Source: Candidatus Pacearchaeota archaeon (GTDB lineage: Archaea > Nanobdellota > Nanobdellia > Pacearchaeales > GW2011-AR1). Taken from it: a stretch of DNA of 51,799 bases. Numbering within the stretch: position 1 is the first letter of the stretch; every line of letters begins with the position of its first letter. The translations under genes were made by a program, and so were the position numbers. The notes beneath the pieces were generated by a model. It made no database searches and was not told where the DNA came from. It saw nothing but the letters and a program-made list of their open reading frames with translations. Of the stretch, positions 10,630 through 20,232 are shown one piece after another. Where the stretch lies: assembly GCA_017608405.1 (NCBI GenBank), contig JAFCFX010000003.1, positions 1 through 51,799 on the forward strand, given 5' to 3'.

Positions 10630-10979
10630 TTAGTGTTTAAATTTGTATGACACTACTTTTGATTTGGTGGGGGTTTCAGGAGAAGTTTCAGAGAAAAATA
10701 CACACAATTGATCCTCAGTTATATCTGTGATTTTATCAAGTTTATATTTTTCTTTAAATTTTGAATTAAAAAATTTCATTTTTTCTCTTATAGTATTAAA
10801 TCTTATGTGACTTCTTGATCCCTTCACATTTTTGGTGGAAATATTGATTCCATTTTCCATATTATCGAGATATTTTAGTGTTATATCTGAATTATATTTA
10901 GTCATACTGGGATTCCTTTTTCTACAGAATTTCTCCATTTCTGATATCTCTCTTTATGTTTATAAGGATCTATTTTCAT
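10630..10979 (-). pseudogene. Frameshifted, truncated integrase-like gene remnant next to tRNA-Gly
   Basis: ATG 10979 reads MKIDPYKHKERYQKWRNSVEKGIPV-stop; a 1-nt frameshift continues MTKYNSDITLKYLDNMENG...LCVFFSE. Resembles N-termini of DPANN tyrosine integrases (from recall); no catalytic domain present. Confidence 0.55.
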
Positions 10980-11074
10980 ATTTTTCCTAAGTTTGCATTT
11001 TTTATATATGGACTGCGTCTAACTTACATAACTTTAGAAAAAGTACATCCCATTAATATTCCAAAACCAGTCTA

Positions 11075-11205
11075 TGCGCGGACCGGGAATCGGACCCGGC
11101 TCACCTCGTTTCTGCGAAAACACTGAAACCAGAGGTTTCGTGAACTTTCACGAATTAAAATTCGTGTCGTGGCAACGAGATATTCTACCAATAAACTACC
11201 CGCGC
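11075..11205 (-). tRNA. tRNA-Gly(GCC) with 60-nt intron at 37/38 (intron 11110-11169)
   Basis: Acceptor GCGCGGG/TCCGCGC, anticodon stem TCTCG/CGAGG, BHB helix TTGC/GCAG with bulges CA|C and AA|A. Confidence 0.9.
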
Positions 11206-11229
11206 ACAACTCGTAAGTAGATAAGATCA

Positions 11230-11301
11230 TGGTCCCACCAGGAATCGGACCTGGGTCTACTCGGTGTAAACGAGCCGTCTTAGCCATTGGACTATGGGAC
11301 C
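11230..11301 (-). tRNA. tRNA-Val(TAC)
   Basis: GGTCCCA...TGGGACC-A cloverleaf with anticodon loop TTTACAC; no encoded CCA. Confidence 0.93.
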
Positions 11302-11396
11302 TTAAAAAAGACTATGTATTTTTCATTAAAAAGGTTTCTGTTCTTGTAAACTATGTAATAAGCAAAATATTTATACTTGATTTGTAAGTATTTTTT

Positions 11397-12059
11397 ATGA
11401 TAGAAGTTATTCCTGTAACAATTATTCCAAGGTATGGGTGTGTTTCAGAAACAATCTATAAGTTAGAAGAAATTGGGAATTCTTTTAAAACAAAATATCA
11501 TGAAGAAACAAAAACAATTTCTTCAGTTGTAGTTAATATTGCAAAAGATAACCTGCATAAACTTTTAGAATTACGTGAAATAGTTGATATCATGGCTCTT
11601 TCTTCTGTTGAAGCGACTATTTTAGATCAAAGTTACCAATCAAGAATTTTTCAAAACTTAAGAGTTTATTCTCCAAGATTTGAAAATCATAGGGGGGAAA
11701 TGTCGGGAAATGGGAAATCAGATGCAACCTATCATGGGATTATCACTCGTGACAACAAAATCAATAACAAACCTGTTAAATTATTATTACAATTTATTAA
11801 ACCAAATGCAAAGACCTCTAACCATTACCATAAAAAAACAATTGAATTTTTTCTTCCTTTGCTTGGAAAAACACTTCTTTATTGCAATAAAGTGGGGGAG
11901 ATTCATCCGAAAATACAAAATTTAAAAGATTTTGTTTTTACAAAAATTATGCCAAGAACTGCTCACCAACTAAGGACCAAAAACACTCCTTGTGTTAATC
12001 TACTCTGTATGGAACCATATGATCCTAGACTAAGAGACCATTTCTATGTTAATTCTTAA
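11397..12059 (+). CDS. Hypothetical protein with C-terminal cupin domain
   Basis: HYHKKTIEFF...IMPRTAHQL cupin metal-binding motifs; TATA TTTATAC about 25 nt upstream. Confidence 0.65.
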   Translation: MIEVIPVTIIPRYGCVSETIYKLEEIGNSFKTKYHEETKTISSVVVNIAKDNLHKLLELREIVDIMALSSVEATILDQSYQSRIFQNLRVYSPRFENHRGEMSGNGKSDATYHGIITRDNKINNKPVKLLLQFIKPNAKTSNHYHKKTIEFFLPLLGKTLLYCNKVGEIHPKIQNLKDFVFTKIMPRTAHQLRTKNTPCVNLLCMEPYDPRLRDHFYVNS

Positions 12060-12141
12060 AGTAATGCTAAAGTTTAAAGGATAAAGTAATAATTGACTTA
12101 AATTAGCAACATTTATAAGGGAATAGTGTATTTTTTTCACT

Positions 12142-13719
12142 ATGGAAAAGGATAACAAAACAAAAGATTCAGAATCGAGTATTCCTGAGATGGAGATTGA
12201 TAGAAAATATTCAGAAAAAAAATCTGTAGTAGAGTCTCCTGAAAAAGCTCAAAAAGAAATGGAGAAGACAAAAAAAGAACTTGATAAAATAAAGAATTTT
12301 ATTGTGAAAAAATATAATTATGTTCAATCGATAAGTCTTTTGCCTCCTCAAGCAACTAAATTATTTATTGATGAAGAAGAAGTTCCAAAAGAAACAGAAA
12401 AATATATGCACCTTTATGTTATTGTCCCAGAAGAAAAACTTAAAGAAATTCCAAAAATAAAAACAGAAGTAGTTAAACAAATTGATTCTCTACAAAAAAA
12501 TTTAAAGCAAAAAATCTGGCTTCAAGTAAAGACACCTATTGATGTTTGGGAAATGTGTTTAGACAGTAAATTTGAATTATCTGCTGCTGTTTCAATGTCT
12601 TTTCCACTTTATGATAAGGGAATTTTGGGGGCAATGAGAGTTGCTGAAATTCACAAATCTTTAGTTTTGCAAAAGTTTGAAAAATATGTTGTAAGTTATG
12701 TTATTGGGGGTAGTTTAGTCAGAGGGGAGGCTGTTAAGAGTTCTGATGTTGATGTTTTTGTTATTATTAATGATACAGATGTAAAAAAAATGCCAAGGCT
12801 TGAGCTTAAAGAAAGACTCAGGAGTATTATTTATCAATATGTTGGTGAGGCAGAATCACTTGCAGGAGTAAAGAATAAACTTTCTCCTCAAGTTTACCTT
12901 TTGACTGATTTTTGGGAAAGTGTAAAGGATGCTCATCCTGTTATTTTTACTTTTATTAGAGATGGGGTTCCAATTTATGATAGAGGAACATTTATGCCAT
13001 GGAAAGCTTTGTTAAGAATGGGAAAATTAAAACCTTCTCCTGAAGCCATTGATATGTTTATGTCTATGGGAGACCAGACAGTAAAAAGAGCCAAAAGAAT
13101 TATGTTAGACATTGTTATTCAAGATATTTTCTATGGTGTAAGCACTCCTAGTCAAGCATTGTTAATGTTATATGGATTGCCTCCAACAAATGTAAAAGAA
13201 ACTGTTAAAGAAATGAAAAGAATTTTTGTTGACAAAGAAAAAATGCTTGAGAAAAAATATTATGATATTCTTGAAGAAATCTGTATTAAATATTATAAAG
13301 GTTATGAACATGGAAAAGTAAAAGAAGTTACAGGAAAAGAACTTGATAGGCTTCTGAAAAACATGGAACTTTATGTTAAGAGATTAAAAGAATTAAGAGA
13401 ACAAATTGATAAAAAGGCGCAAGAAAGAACAATTGAGCAGATTTACAAAGATGTTTTTGAATTATTAAAAACAATTGTCAAAACAAAATCTCAGGTGGCA
13501 ACTATTACTGAATTTGAAAAAGATTTTGTAAAGGCAGGCAAATTTACTCCTCAACATTTAAGGATTTTAAAAGATATTGTTAGTGCTAGATCTGATTTTA
13601 AAAAAGGTAAATTAAATGCCCATAAAGTTGATCAAGCTAGAAAAAGTGCATCTGTGTTAATTAATGATTTAATAGAATATAATCAAAGATGTGAATTATT
13701 GAATAATAAAAAGGAGTAA
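12142..13719 (+). CDS. Pol-beta-type nucleotidyltransferase domain protein with HEPN-like helical C-terminus
   Basis: GGSLVRG...SDVDV catalytic motif; helical C-terminal region; paralog at 15939-16790. Confidence 0.75.
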   Translation: MEKDNKTKDSESSIPEMEIDRKYSEKKSVVESPEKAQKEMEKTKKELDKIKNFIVKKYNYVQSISLLPPQATKLFIDEEEVPKETEKYMHLYVIVPEEKLKEIPKIKTEVVKQIDSLQKNLKQKIWLQVKTPIDVWEMCLDSKFELSAAVSMSFPLYDKGILGAMRVAEIHKSLVLQKFEKYVVSYVIGGSLVRGEAVKSSDVDVFVIINDTDVKKMPRLELKERLRSIIYQYVGEAESLAGVKNKLSPQVYLLTDFWESVKDAHPVIFTFIRDGVPIYDRGTFMPWKALLRMGKLKPSPEAIDMFMSMGDQTVKRAKRIMLDIVIQDIFYGVSTPSQALLMLYGLPPTNVKETVKEMKRIFVDKEKMLEKKYYDILEEICIKYYKGYEHGKVKEVTGKELDRLLKNMELYVKRLKELREQIDKKAQERTIEQIYKDVFELLKTIVKTKSQVATITEFEKDFVKAGKFTPQHLRILKDIVSARSDFKKGKLNAHKVDQARKSASVLINDLIEYNQRCELLNNKKE

Positions 13720-13751
13720 AGCTTTATAAATTAAATTTCTTGATATTAATC

Positions 13752-14012
13752 ATGACAAAAGGTAAAGTTATACAATTTAGACGTGGAAGACGAACCTTTC
13801 ATAAAAGGCATTTTTTAATAGAAATACCTGGGAGCAAAAACAAAGAAAATGCTAAAAAATTTGTTGGAAAACAATTAGAATGGAAGTCTCCTGCAGGGAA
13901 AATAATCAAAGGTAAAATTTCAGCTACTCATGGGAATAATGGGGTTGTGAGGGCTATTTTTGAAATAGGTCTTCCTGGCCAAGCAATTACAACAGGGGTT
14001 GAAATAAAATGA
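13752..14012 (+). CDS. rpl35ae: 50S ribosomal protein L35Ae (eL33)
   Basis: FRRGR, GKISATHGNNGVVRAIF, LPGQA; ATG 13752 follows TATA TTTATAAA at 13723. Confidence 0.92.
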   Translation: MTKGKVIQFRRGRRTFHKRHFLIEIPGSKNKENAKKFVGKQLEWKSPAGKIIKGKISATHGNNGVVRAIFEIGLPGQAITTGVEIK

Positions 14013-14194
14013 AAGATCTATGTAATGGAAATGGATGTGAATTTAAGATAATTTGTCCTCGGCCAAGAAAAATTGAAAATTTATCTAAAACATCTAAAAA
14101 TCCAAGAAAATATTCAGATCTGACTTATTCTCTTTCACCAAGTGTTTGTTCACAATATCAAGGATTTAAATCAGTTCAATATATGTTTAAATAA
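14009..14194 (+). CDS. Small Cys-rich hypothetical protein
   Basis: 61 aa, CxxxxCxxxxxC...C; ATGA overlap with rpl35ae. Confidence 0.55.
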   Translation: MKDLCNGNGCEFKIICPRPRKIENLSKTSKNPRKYSDLTYSLSPSVCSQYQGFKSVQYMFK

Positions 14195-14206
14195 AATGGC
14201 AAGTTT

Positions 14207-14246
14207 AACTGAAATTAAAATTTCGTTTGAATGCTTCCATTCAAAC
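14207..14246. repeat. Double-hairpin palindromic element (reverse-orientation copy of the tRNA-associated element)
   Basis: AAC-T-GAAATT AA AATTTC-GTT overlapping GTTTGAATG CTTC CATTCAAAC. Confidence 0.6.
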
Positions 14247-14257
14247 AACGCAAAAGA

Positions 14258-14797
14258 ATGGCATCATTAAGAAAAGCTACAGCATATTCTAAGAAAAAGG
14301 TCACACCTTATACACGAGTTAGTAAAAAAAAGAGCAGGTCATTTGTTAAGACAGTGCCACAACAGAAAATTGTTAAATTTGTGATGGGAAAACCTTCGCT
14401 TCATGATAAAGAAAAATTCAAACACGAGTTAACTGTCATATCCTCTGAAAAAGTCCAAATTAGACACAATGCTCTTGAAGCATGTAGACAGTATATTAAT
14501 AAAAAACTTGACAAAGAATTGGCAGGACAATATGTTTTCAAAGTTATTCCTTTTCCTCACCATATTCAAAGAGAAAATAAGATGCTTACTGGTGCTGGAG
14601 CAGATAGAATGCAGACAGGAATGCAATTGGCATTTGGAAAGCCTGGTGGAAAATCCGCAATTTTAAAGAAAGGAAGTAAGATATTTTTTGTTGGAGTCCC
14701 AAATTCTAGGGCAGTTGTTTTTGCAAGGAAAATCTTTAAACAAATTAAGTCAAAATTGCCTTGTAAAACTCAAATTTTATATGAAGAAAGAAAGTAA
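14258..14797 (+). CDS. rpl10e: 50S ribosomal protein L10e/uL16
   Basis: QIRHNALEACR, FPHHIQRENKMLTGAGADRMQTGMQLAFGKP. Confidence 0.95.
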   Translation: MASLRKATAYSKKKVTPYTRVSKKKSRSFVKTVPQQKIVKFVMGKPSLHDKEKFKHELTVISSEKVQIRHNALEACRQYINKKLDKELAGQYVFKVIPFPHHIQRENKMLTGAGADRMQTGMQLAFGKPGGKSAILKKGSKIFFVGVPNSRAVVFARKIFKQIKSKLPCKTQILYEERK

Positions 14798-14809
14798 GGA
14801 ATAGGCTTC

Positions 14810-15217
14810 TTAAAGAAAATTATAAACTGCATTAAGATTATATAGTGCAGCAGCATATGAGGCAGCGCCAAAGGCATATAGAGCTATATCTCCGAGAGGA
14901 ATATTGGTGTTTAAACCTTTTTCACTTTTAACAAATTTATTGAGAAAATATGTGCCAGTCAAAATAAGAGGTTGTGTCAAGAGGTTGTCTGCAAGAATAC
15001 CCTCTGGATTTCCTAAATTTTCTATTAACCACCTTACTCTTGGATTTGCTTCTGCAGAAGATCCAAATTTTGAAACAAAATCATAAGTGCTAAGACTATC
15101 ACAAATCTGTCCAGAAACAAATAAAGCAGCTGCCCTAGAATAATTTTTATTCTTAACTATGAGATCCTTTACTTTTTTACTCATATTCAGGGTTCTACTT
15201 TCAAGTTTTTCTTGCAT
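14810..15217 (-). CDS. Hypothetical membrane protein
   Basis: Hydrophobic segments with D..ST and EANP motifs (DUF5658-like by recall). Confidence 0.6.
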   Translation of the reverse strand: MQEKLESRTLNMSKKVKDLIVKNKNYSRAAALFVSGQICDSLSTYDFVSKFGSSAEANPRVRWLIENLGNPEGILADNLLTQPLILTGTYFLNKFVKSEKGLNTNIPLGDIALYAFGAASYAAALYNLNAVYNFL

Positions 15218-15325
15218 TATATTTTTTCGAACTAAGCTTATTTAAATGTTTCTTATGTATTAACTACCTAATGGTAACAAATAGAAAGATTTATAAACAT
15301 AAAATACTCTGAAATATCAATAAAA

Positions 15326-15934
15326 ATGACAGAAAATATAGTTGATAAGTTGAGGTATGATTGGCACAAGTTAGAACTAGCTGAGGTTGCAGGAGAATAT
15401 CTTGACCAAGGAAAAGAAGGATTGCCTCTAGCTAAAAAATCACTTGAATTACTCTTGGGTGATATAGAATATGATGATCCAGCAATAGTTAAAACAATAA
15501 CAAATGACCAGGTTATACCTATAACTCTTAAAAATCAATTAGATACTTATTACCAAGGCTATAATGCTCAAACAGTAGATAATCTTATCGACTATCATGG
15601 AGGCACTATTGAAAAATATCTTGAAGGAGATAGTGGAAAAGTAAAAGAAAAATTAACTCCAGTTTTAGGCATGAAATATTCTGATATTAAAAAACAAATA
15701 AAAAAAGCAGGCCACATACTTGAAGGCGATGAAAATAAACTTGAAGCAAACACAAAAGAGGAAGTAAAAGAAGCAGAAGAAACTATGAAGAAATATGGTC
15801 TAGCTTATTACACAATCATGAACCTTGAGCAAAGAAGAAAATCTGAATTAAGATCAAGAGTTGAAGATGCTGCTAGTAAAGATTTTTTTATAAATAATTA
15901 TCTTAAAGAACCTCAAGAAGGGGACGCAGAATAA
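15326..15934 (+). CDS. Hypothetical helical protein
   Basis: 202-aa ORF with TATA TTTATAAA at 15290. Confidence 0.7.
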   Translation: MTENIVDKLRYDWHKLELAEVAGEYLDQGKEGLPLAKKSLELLLGDIEYDDPAIVKTITNDQVIPITLKNQLDTYYQGYNAQTVDNLIDYHGGTIEKYLEGDSGKVKEKLTPVLGMKYSDIKKQIKKAGHILEGDENKLEANTKEEVKEAEETMKKYGLAYYTIMNLEQRRKSELRSRVEDAASKDFFINNYLKEPQEGDAE

Positions 15935-15938
15935 TCCT

Positions 15939-16790
15939 CTAAAGAGTGTCTTTAACTAACTTGGCCATGACATCTATAAATTCTTGAGTTTGGTCTTGCC
16001 ATTTATCGATTTCAACACCTCTGAGATTTTTAATTTCCCCATGTGTTATTTTTTTGTGAAGAATAAGTAATCCCCTGTACCAGGCAACATATTTCATTTT
16101 TAATTTTCCTGAATTAACAAAAACTTCTTTTAAATCAACAGGCACATGTTCTGGTGAGGCAGGAATTTGATTTGCTGCAATTAAAGCTGCATGTGCAGAA
16201 TCAACCATTGCCCAATATAACCCTTCAACTGAATTTAATTCAGAAATTTTACTTCTTGCTAAATGTGTTGGAGCTCTTTGAAGAGAAGTATAAACTGCTT
16301 CTGGTGTCGCCTTTATTTTCCCTTTAACTAATAAAAACTTTAAGGGTTCAAAAAATCCTGCCATATCAATCATTGCCTCGCCATGTCTTAATACATTAAG
16401 GATCACTGGATCCCCCTTCATTAAATCTTCCCACCAAGTACTTAATTTAATTGTATTAATATGCAAGTTTTTCTGATAAGGATTACTTCTTAAAATTTTA
16501 TCAAGTTCTGTTCTATACCATGCAATTAATTCTTGATCCCAAGTTACAGAAACATCATCAAGAACAATAATAATATCAACATCAGAACCAGGCACATTTG
16601 TTTGTTTTATTGTTGAACCAAACAAAATAATTGATTTAATGACCTTATCAAATTTCTTATAGGTTTTTGCTGCAAAATCCATTGCAATATCTGACTCTCT
16701 TTTCAATTGCAAAGTTGGAATATTTTTCTTATTTATTTTAGATTTCTTTCTATGTTTAGTTTTTTTCTTAGAAGTTTTCTTTTTCACCAT
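15939..16790 (-). CDS. Nucleotidyltransferase-HEPN-like fusion protein
   Basis: ILFGS...SDVDIIIVLDD motif; LYWAMVDSAHAAL helix; shares GK.K.sPEA with the 12142-13719 protein. Confidence 0.75.
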   Translation of the reverse strand: MVKKKTSKKKTKHRKKSKINKKNIPTLQLKRESDIAMDFAAKTYKKFDKVIKSIILFGSTIKQTNVPGSDVDIIIVLDDVSVTWDQELIAWYRTELDKILRSNPYQKNLHINTIKLSTWWEDLMKGDPVILNVLRHGEAMIDMAGFFEPLKFLLVKGKIKATPEAVYTSLQRAPTHLARSKISELNSVEGLYWAMVDSAHAALIAANQIPASPEHVPVDLKEVFVNSGKLKMKYVAWYRGLLILHKKITHGEIKNLRGVEIDKWQDQTQEFIDVMAKLVKDTL

Positions 16791-16841
16791 CTTTATTTAT
16801 ATTAAGTTTATTTACTTTTTAAATTTACTGAATTAGAGTAG

Positions 16842-18704
16842 TTATTCCATTGGTGCTCCACCCATTCTGCTTCCTTGTCCTCCTCCACGTTGCCCCCCAA
16901 GTTCTGCAGGTAATTGTGAAAATCCAGAACCAAATGTTTCGTAATTCCCAGCCGGAAGCATTTGACCATAACCTGAAAAATATCCTTGTTGTAATCCACT
17001 AATCTGGTTCCAATATAGGTTGCCTGAAGGATATACTGGAGAACCTAATCCCTGCAAACTAACAGGATAAGGTGACTGGCCAAAATGCTGGACAAAACCT
17101 CCTGCTTCTACAATTTTATTCACATCTGTGACTCCTTGTTTTTCAAGCTCTTCTAGAATTTCCTTAAAAGGAACATTTCCCATTCCAGGGGGCAAGTGAC
17201 TATCACCATATCCAAAATTGTCTGTTAAATGGACATGTTTTACATACTTTGCAATTTCTTCAACTTCTTTTCTAAGATCTTTGTCTTCAAATCCATGTTT
17301 TTTTGCAATATTTAAGTGGCCAACATCTAAAGTCATTCCAATCATCTTATCTGCTTGTTCTTCTGCTGCTGAACGAGAATGCCCCTTTTCCATTGCTTTA
17401 TCAACAAATTTTTTCTTTGTTTCTAAAATTAACTCCTTCATTCCTGGCAACCCTTTTTCACCTTCTTTTTTCATTGAAAAAGCCATTCCAGGATAAAGAT
17501 TTTCAATAGAGATTGTTGGTGCTTTGCCTTTATATTTTTCAAATGCCTTAAATGCAACATTTGCAAAAGTTTCTGAAGACTTTTCTAGTGCAAAATTCTC
17601 AATAGGAACATATAATTGTGGCTCTACTCTTTTTAAATTCATGATTAATCTTTGAATTGCTTGGGATTGTCCTTGTACAGATTTATTATCTTGCAAATCT
17701 TTTGTAAATTCCTCTGAAGCCTTTGTTAATAATTCTTTATCATCTTCTGATCCAAATTTATATGCTTTATGAAACAGTCCACTAAGATATTGACGACTAT
17801 TTTCCAAATATGTTTTAGCATTTTCTATATGTCCCATTGCTTGGTTTTGCTCTGGAGTTAAATCTTCCCAATCTAATCTTCCTGCTTCTCTGTCTTTTTG
17901 TAAATGTGCTATTTGAAGAGCATTTTCATTTAAGATTCTGTCTGCACCCTCTTTATAATAAATAATCTGGGATAAATTATTATCCCATTCAGTTGCATTT
18001 AGATTTTTTAATTCTTGCATAGGATTTAATGTTCTTCCTTGCTTAAGTGGGGTTTGGGTATAAAGTGTTTCTTCTGGTTTTTCGCCCTTTCTAACTTGTT
18101 CTATTTGTTGCTGTGTTATATCGGGTTTTAATTCTTTTCTATCTGGATAAAACTTCTTTTCCTCTTCAAGTGGAGCCATTTTCCCTGTTTCTTGATTAAT
18201 GACAATTAATTTTTGGAGTTTTTTGCCTTCTTTTGTTTTTTGATATTCTGATCCAGGGATTCCTGCAGAATGTATTGTAACTGGCATTCCTCCTTTGTCA
18301 TCCATATCCATGGCTCGAGCAATATCGTCTTGCAATTGTCTTTCTGCAAGTTGTCTGTTTGACTCACTCCATCCTTGTTCGCCTATTCCAGATGGCTCTA
18401 CAATTGGAGCGTGTAGAGAAACTTTTGCTCCTGCTAATTTTGCTTTACGTCCTATTTCCTTAAAATGTTGTTTAGGAACCTGGTCAAAGGCCTCTTGTGG
18501 CAAAACAGTCACTTCTACTGGCACAATTCCTTGATTTAATAACTGATTTACTTGTTGAATCTGGTTTGCAGTATCAGGCTTAGTATTGGCTCCAACCTGG
18601 CCAGCAGCAACATGGTAGCCTATAAAAACATCACCATAACTAGGACTAAAAGAAGAAGTACCTCCCTGATAGAAATTTCTTATTGAATAATCTCCTCTTT
18701 CCAT
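16842..18704 (-). CDS. Xylose-isomerase-like / AP-endonuclease-2 TIM-barrel protein with large helical insert
   Basis: SLHAP, VTIH, IENL, TLDVGH, HVHLTDNFG..DSHLPPG, IVE metal-binding motifs; Gly-rich tail. Confidence 0.75.
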   Translation of the reverse strand: MERGDYSIRNFYQGGTSSFSPSYGDVFIGYHVAAGQVGANTKPDTANQIQQVNQLLNQGIVPVEVTVLPQEAFDQVPKQHFKEIGRKAKLAGAKVSLHAPIVEPSGIGEQGWSESNRQLAERQLQDDIARAMDMDDKGGMPVTIHSAGIPGSEYQKTKEGKKLQKLIVINQETGKMAPLEEEKKFYPDRKELKPDITQQQIEQVRKGEKPEETLYTQTPLKQGRTLNPMQELKNLNATEWDNNLSQIIYYKEGADRILNENALQIAHLQKDREAGRLDWEDLTPEQNQAMGHIENAKTYLENSRQYLSGLFHKAYKFGSEDDKELLTKASEEFTKDLQDNKSVQGQSQAIQRLIMNLKRVEPQLYVPIENFALEKSSETFANVAFKAFEKYKGKAPTISIENLYPGMAFSMKKEGEKGLPGMKELILETKKKFVDKAMEKGHSRSAAEEQADKMIGMTLDVGHLNIAKKHGFEDKDLRKEVEEIAKYVKHVHLTDNFGYGDSHLPPGMGNVPFKEILEELEKQGVTDVNKIVEAGGFVQHFGQSPYPVSLQGLGSPVYPSGNLYWNQISGLQQGYFSGYGQMLPAGNYETFGSGFSQLPAELGGQRGGGQGSRMGGAPME

Positions 18705-18734
18705 GTTTTTATGAGTATAATTTTATTTATTAAT

Positions 18735-19310
18735 TTATCTAAATGTTTTTCCTTGGTATTTGGTATCTTGTCTTTCAAAAGGAAGTTTACTTCCATCTCT
18801 GTCTATTTTCTCTGCTTTAGCAACATAGTCTCTTTCTAATGTTGCTGATCCTTTTCTTAATTCTCTAAGATCTGGATTAATTTCAAATTCTTGTTCTCTT
18901 TCTCTACGCAAATTTGAAGTTGGAGTGTGTGCGGGGATTTTTTCTGATTGCCTTACAACCAAATCTCTATTCATCATTTGCCTTTCTCTTTCCATGGCTT
19001 GATAATCCTCTTTCATTACTTTATATTTTACTGGTTCATCTTGTTTTTTTTCTTGGGCTGGAGTAGTTGCAATATCTTGCTCAAGTCTTGTTGGTTCTGC
19101 AGCTTTTGCTACTTTTTCTAATACAGGGTTGGATGGTTCTGTAGGGGGTTGCATAAATTCTACAAATTCATTATCCTTTGTTGTCTCATCTTCATCTTTA
19201 ATTTCTTCTGCTATTTCAGATGTTTTTTCTTCTTCTATTTCTTCTTCAATAGCTTCTTCTAAATCTGATTCTTCTGATTCTTGGTTTTTACTTTTTTTCT
19301 TTTTAGCCAT
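18735..19310 (-). CDS. Hypothetical acidic/disordered protein
   Basis: 191-aa Glu-rich ORF directly upstream of the TIM-barrel gene. Confidence 0.7.
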   Translation of the reverse strand: MAKKKKSKNQESEESDLEEAIEEEIEEEKTSEIAEEIKDEDETTKDNEFVEFMQPPTEPSNPVLEKVAKAAEPTRLEQDIATTPAQEKKQDEPVKYKVMKEDYQAMERERQMMNRDLVVRQSEKIPAHTPTSNLRREREQEFEINPDLRELRKGSATLERDYVAKAEKIDRDGSKLPFERQDTKYQGKTFR

Positions 19311-19361
19311 TGTTTTACAGAGGGCAGAAACATATATAAAATATTCTACTTTGTATTTAAT

Positions 19362-19685
19362 ATGAGAAAAACAATTTGGTTGGTTGTTAGCATTATCTTA
19401 GTTTCATTAGGAGTTATTATAATTTTATATTCTTTTTCAGGATTAACTGGGCAAGTTACGTCTAATGCGGGAGGGGCCTATACTTCTGCAGTTGTCTTAA
19501 TAATGGCTGGCTTAGCAAGCTATTTTTTCTTTAAGAGTAAAAATACTTTAAAATCTTCTGCTGAAGAAAAAAAGAAAGATTCAGTTGTGAAAAAAGAGGG
19601 AGAATGGAAAAAATTTAGCAAGAAAAAACCTCAAAAAAAAGATGGTGGAGGAACAACGGAGGAGTGGGAAAAAGATGAAAAATAA
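19362..19685 (+). CDS. Two-TM membrane protein with GLTGQV motif
   Basis: TM-SGLTGQV-TM followed by a charged tail. Confidence 0.7.
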   Translation: MRKTIWLVVSIILVSLGVIIILYSFSGLTGQVTSNAGGAYTSAVVLIMAGLASYFFFKSKNTLKSSAEEKKKDSVVKKEGEWKKFSKKKPQKKDGGGTTEEWEKDEK

Positions 19686-20178
19686 ATTAAAATCTTGGGG
19701 TATTTTTTTATTCTTACTTGGGAGTTTTATTTTACTTGATTCTTTTTCGGGAATCACAGGCTATGCTGTTGCAGAACAAGTTGGAAAAATCACGAGCTCT
19801 ATTTTTGGATTAATCTTTATTCTTGGGGGGTTAGGGATGTTTCTTTCTGGAGGAAAAATAAATACTTATAACAAGATAGTTGGAGGGCTTTATACCACCC
19901 TTGCAACAAAAAGTGCATATGGACACCATACAGAAAAAATTAAGGATGTAACAAATACTCTAGAAAAATATGGTCCTCAGAAAATAGTAAAAAAAGTTAT
20001 TAAAAAACAAATTAAATCAGGTTATTTAAATTCTATAGAAGATGACTCAGTTTCTTTAACAATGGATACAAATAAGTTAGAAGAAATTATTAAAAATCAT
20101 GGTAAAAAAATCTCTGACGAAGCTCTAAAAAGGATAATTGAGTTAAAAGAAAAGAAGGCTATGTCTGGAGTTAGATAG
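19675..20178 (+). CDS. Two-TM membrane protein with GITGYAV motif and soluble C-terminal domain
   Basis: TM-SGITGYAV-TM, then a helical domain. Confidence 0.72.
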   Translation: MKNKLKSWGIFLFLLGSFILLDSFSGITGYAVAEQVGKITSSIFGLIFILGGLGMFLSGGKINTYNKIVGGLYTTLATKSAYGHHTEKIKDVTNTLEKYGPQKIVKKVIKKQIKSGYLNSIEDDSVSLTMDTNKLEEIIKNHGKKISDEALKRIIELKEKKAMSGVR

Positions 20179-20232
20179 TTGATTTTATTTTATTAGGGAA
20201 AAATATATAAGTTTGAAATGTTTCTATTTTGC

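Noticed and set aside
10380..11075. att-site duplication of the tRNA-Gly 3' end
   Set aside because: No second copy of the tRNA 3' sequence seen in the adjacent region
11110..11169. Hammerhead ribozyme reading of the CTGAAA/GAAA-containing hairpins
   Set aside because: No CUGANGA core; the GAAA is base-paired within a stem
11072..11287. 71-aa ORF on the minus strand
   Set aside because: Runs across tRNA-Val and tRNA-Gly; spurious
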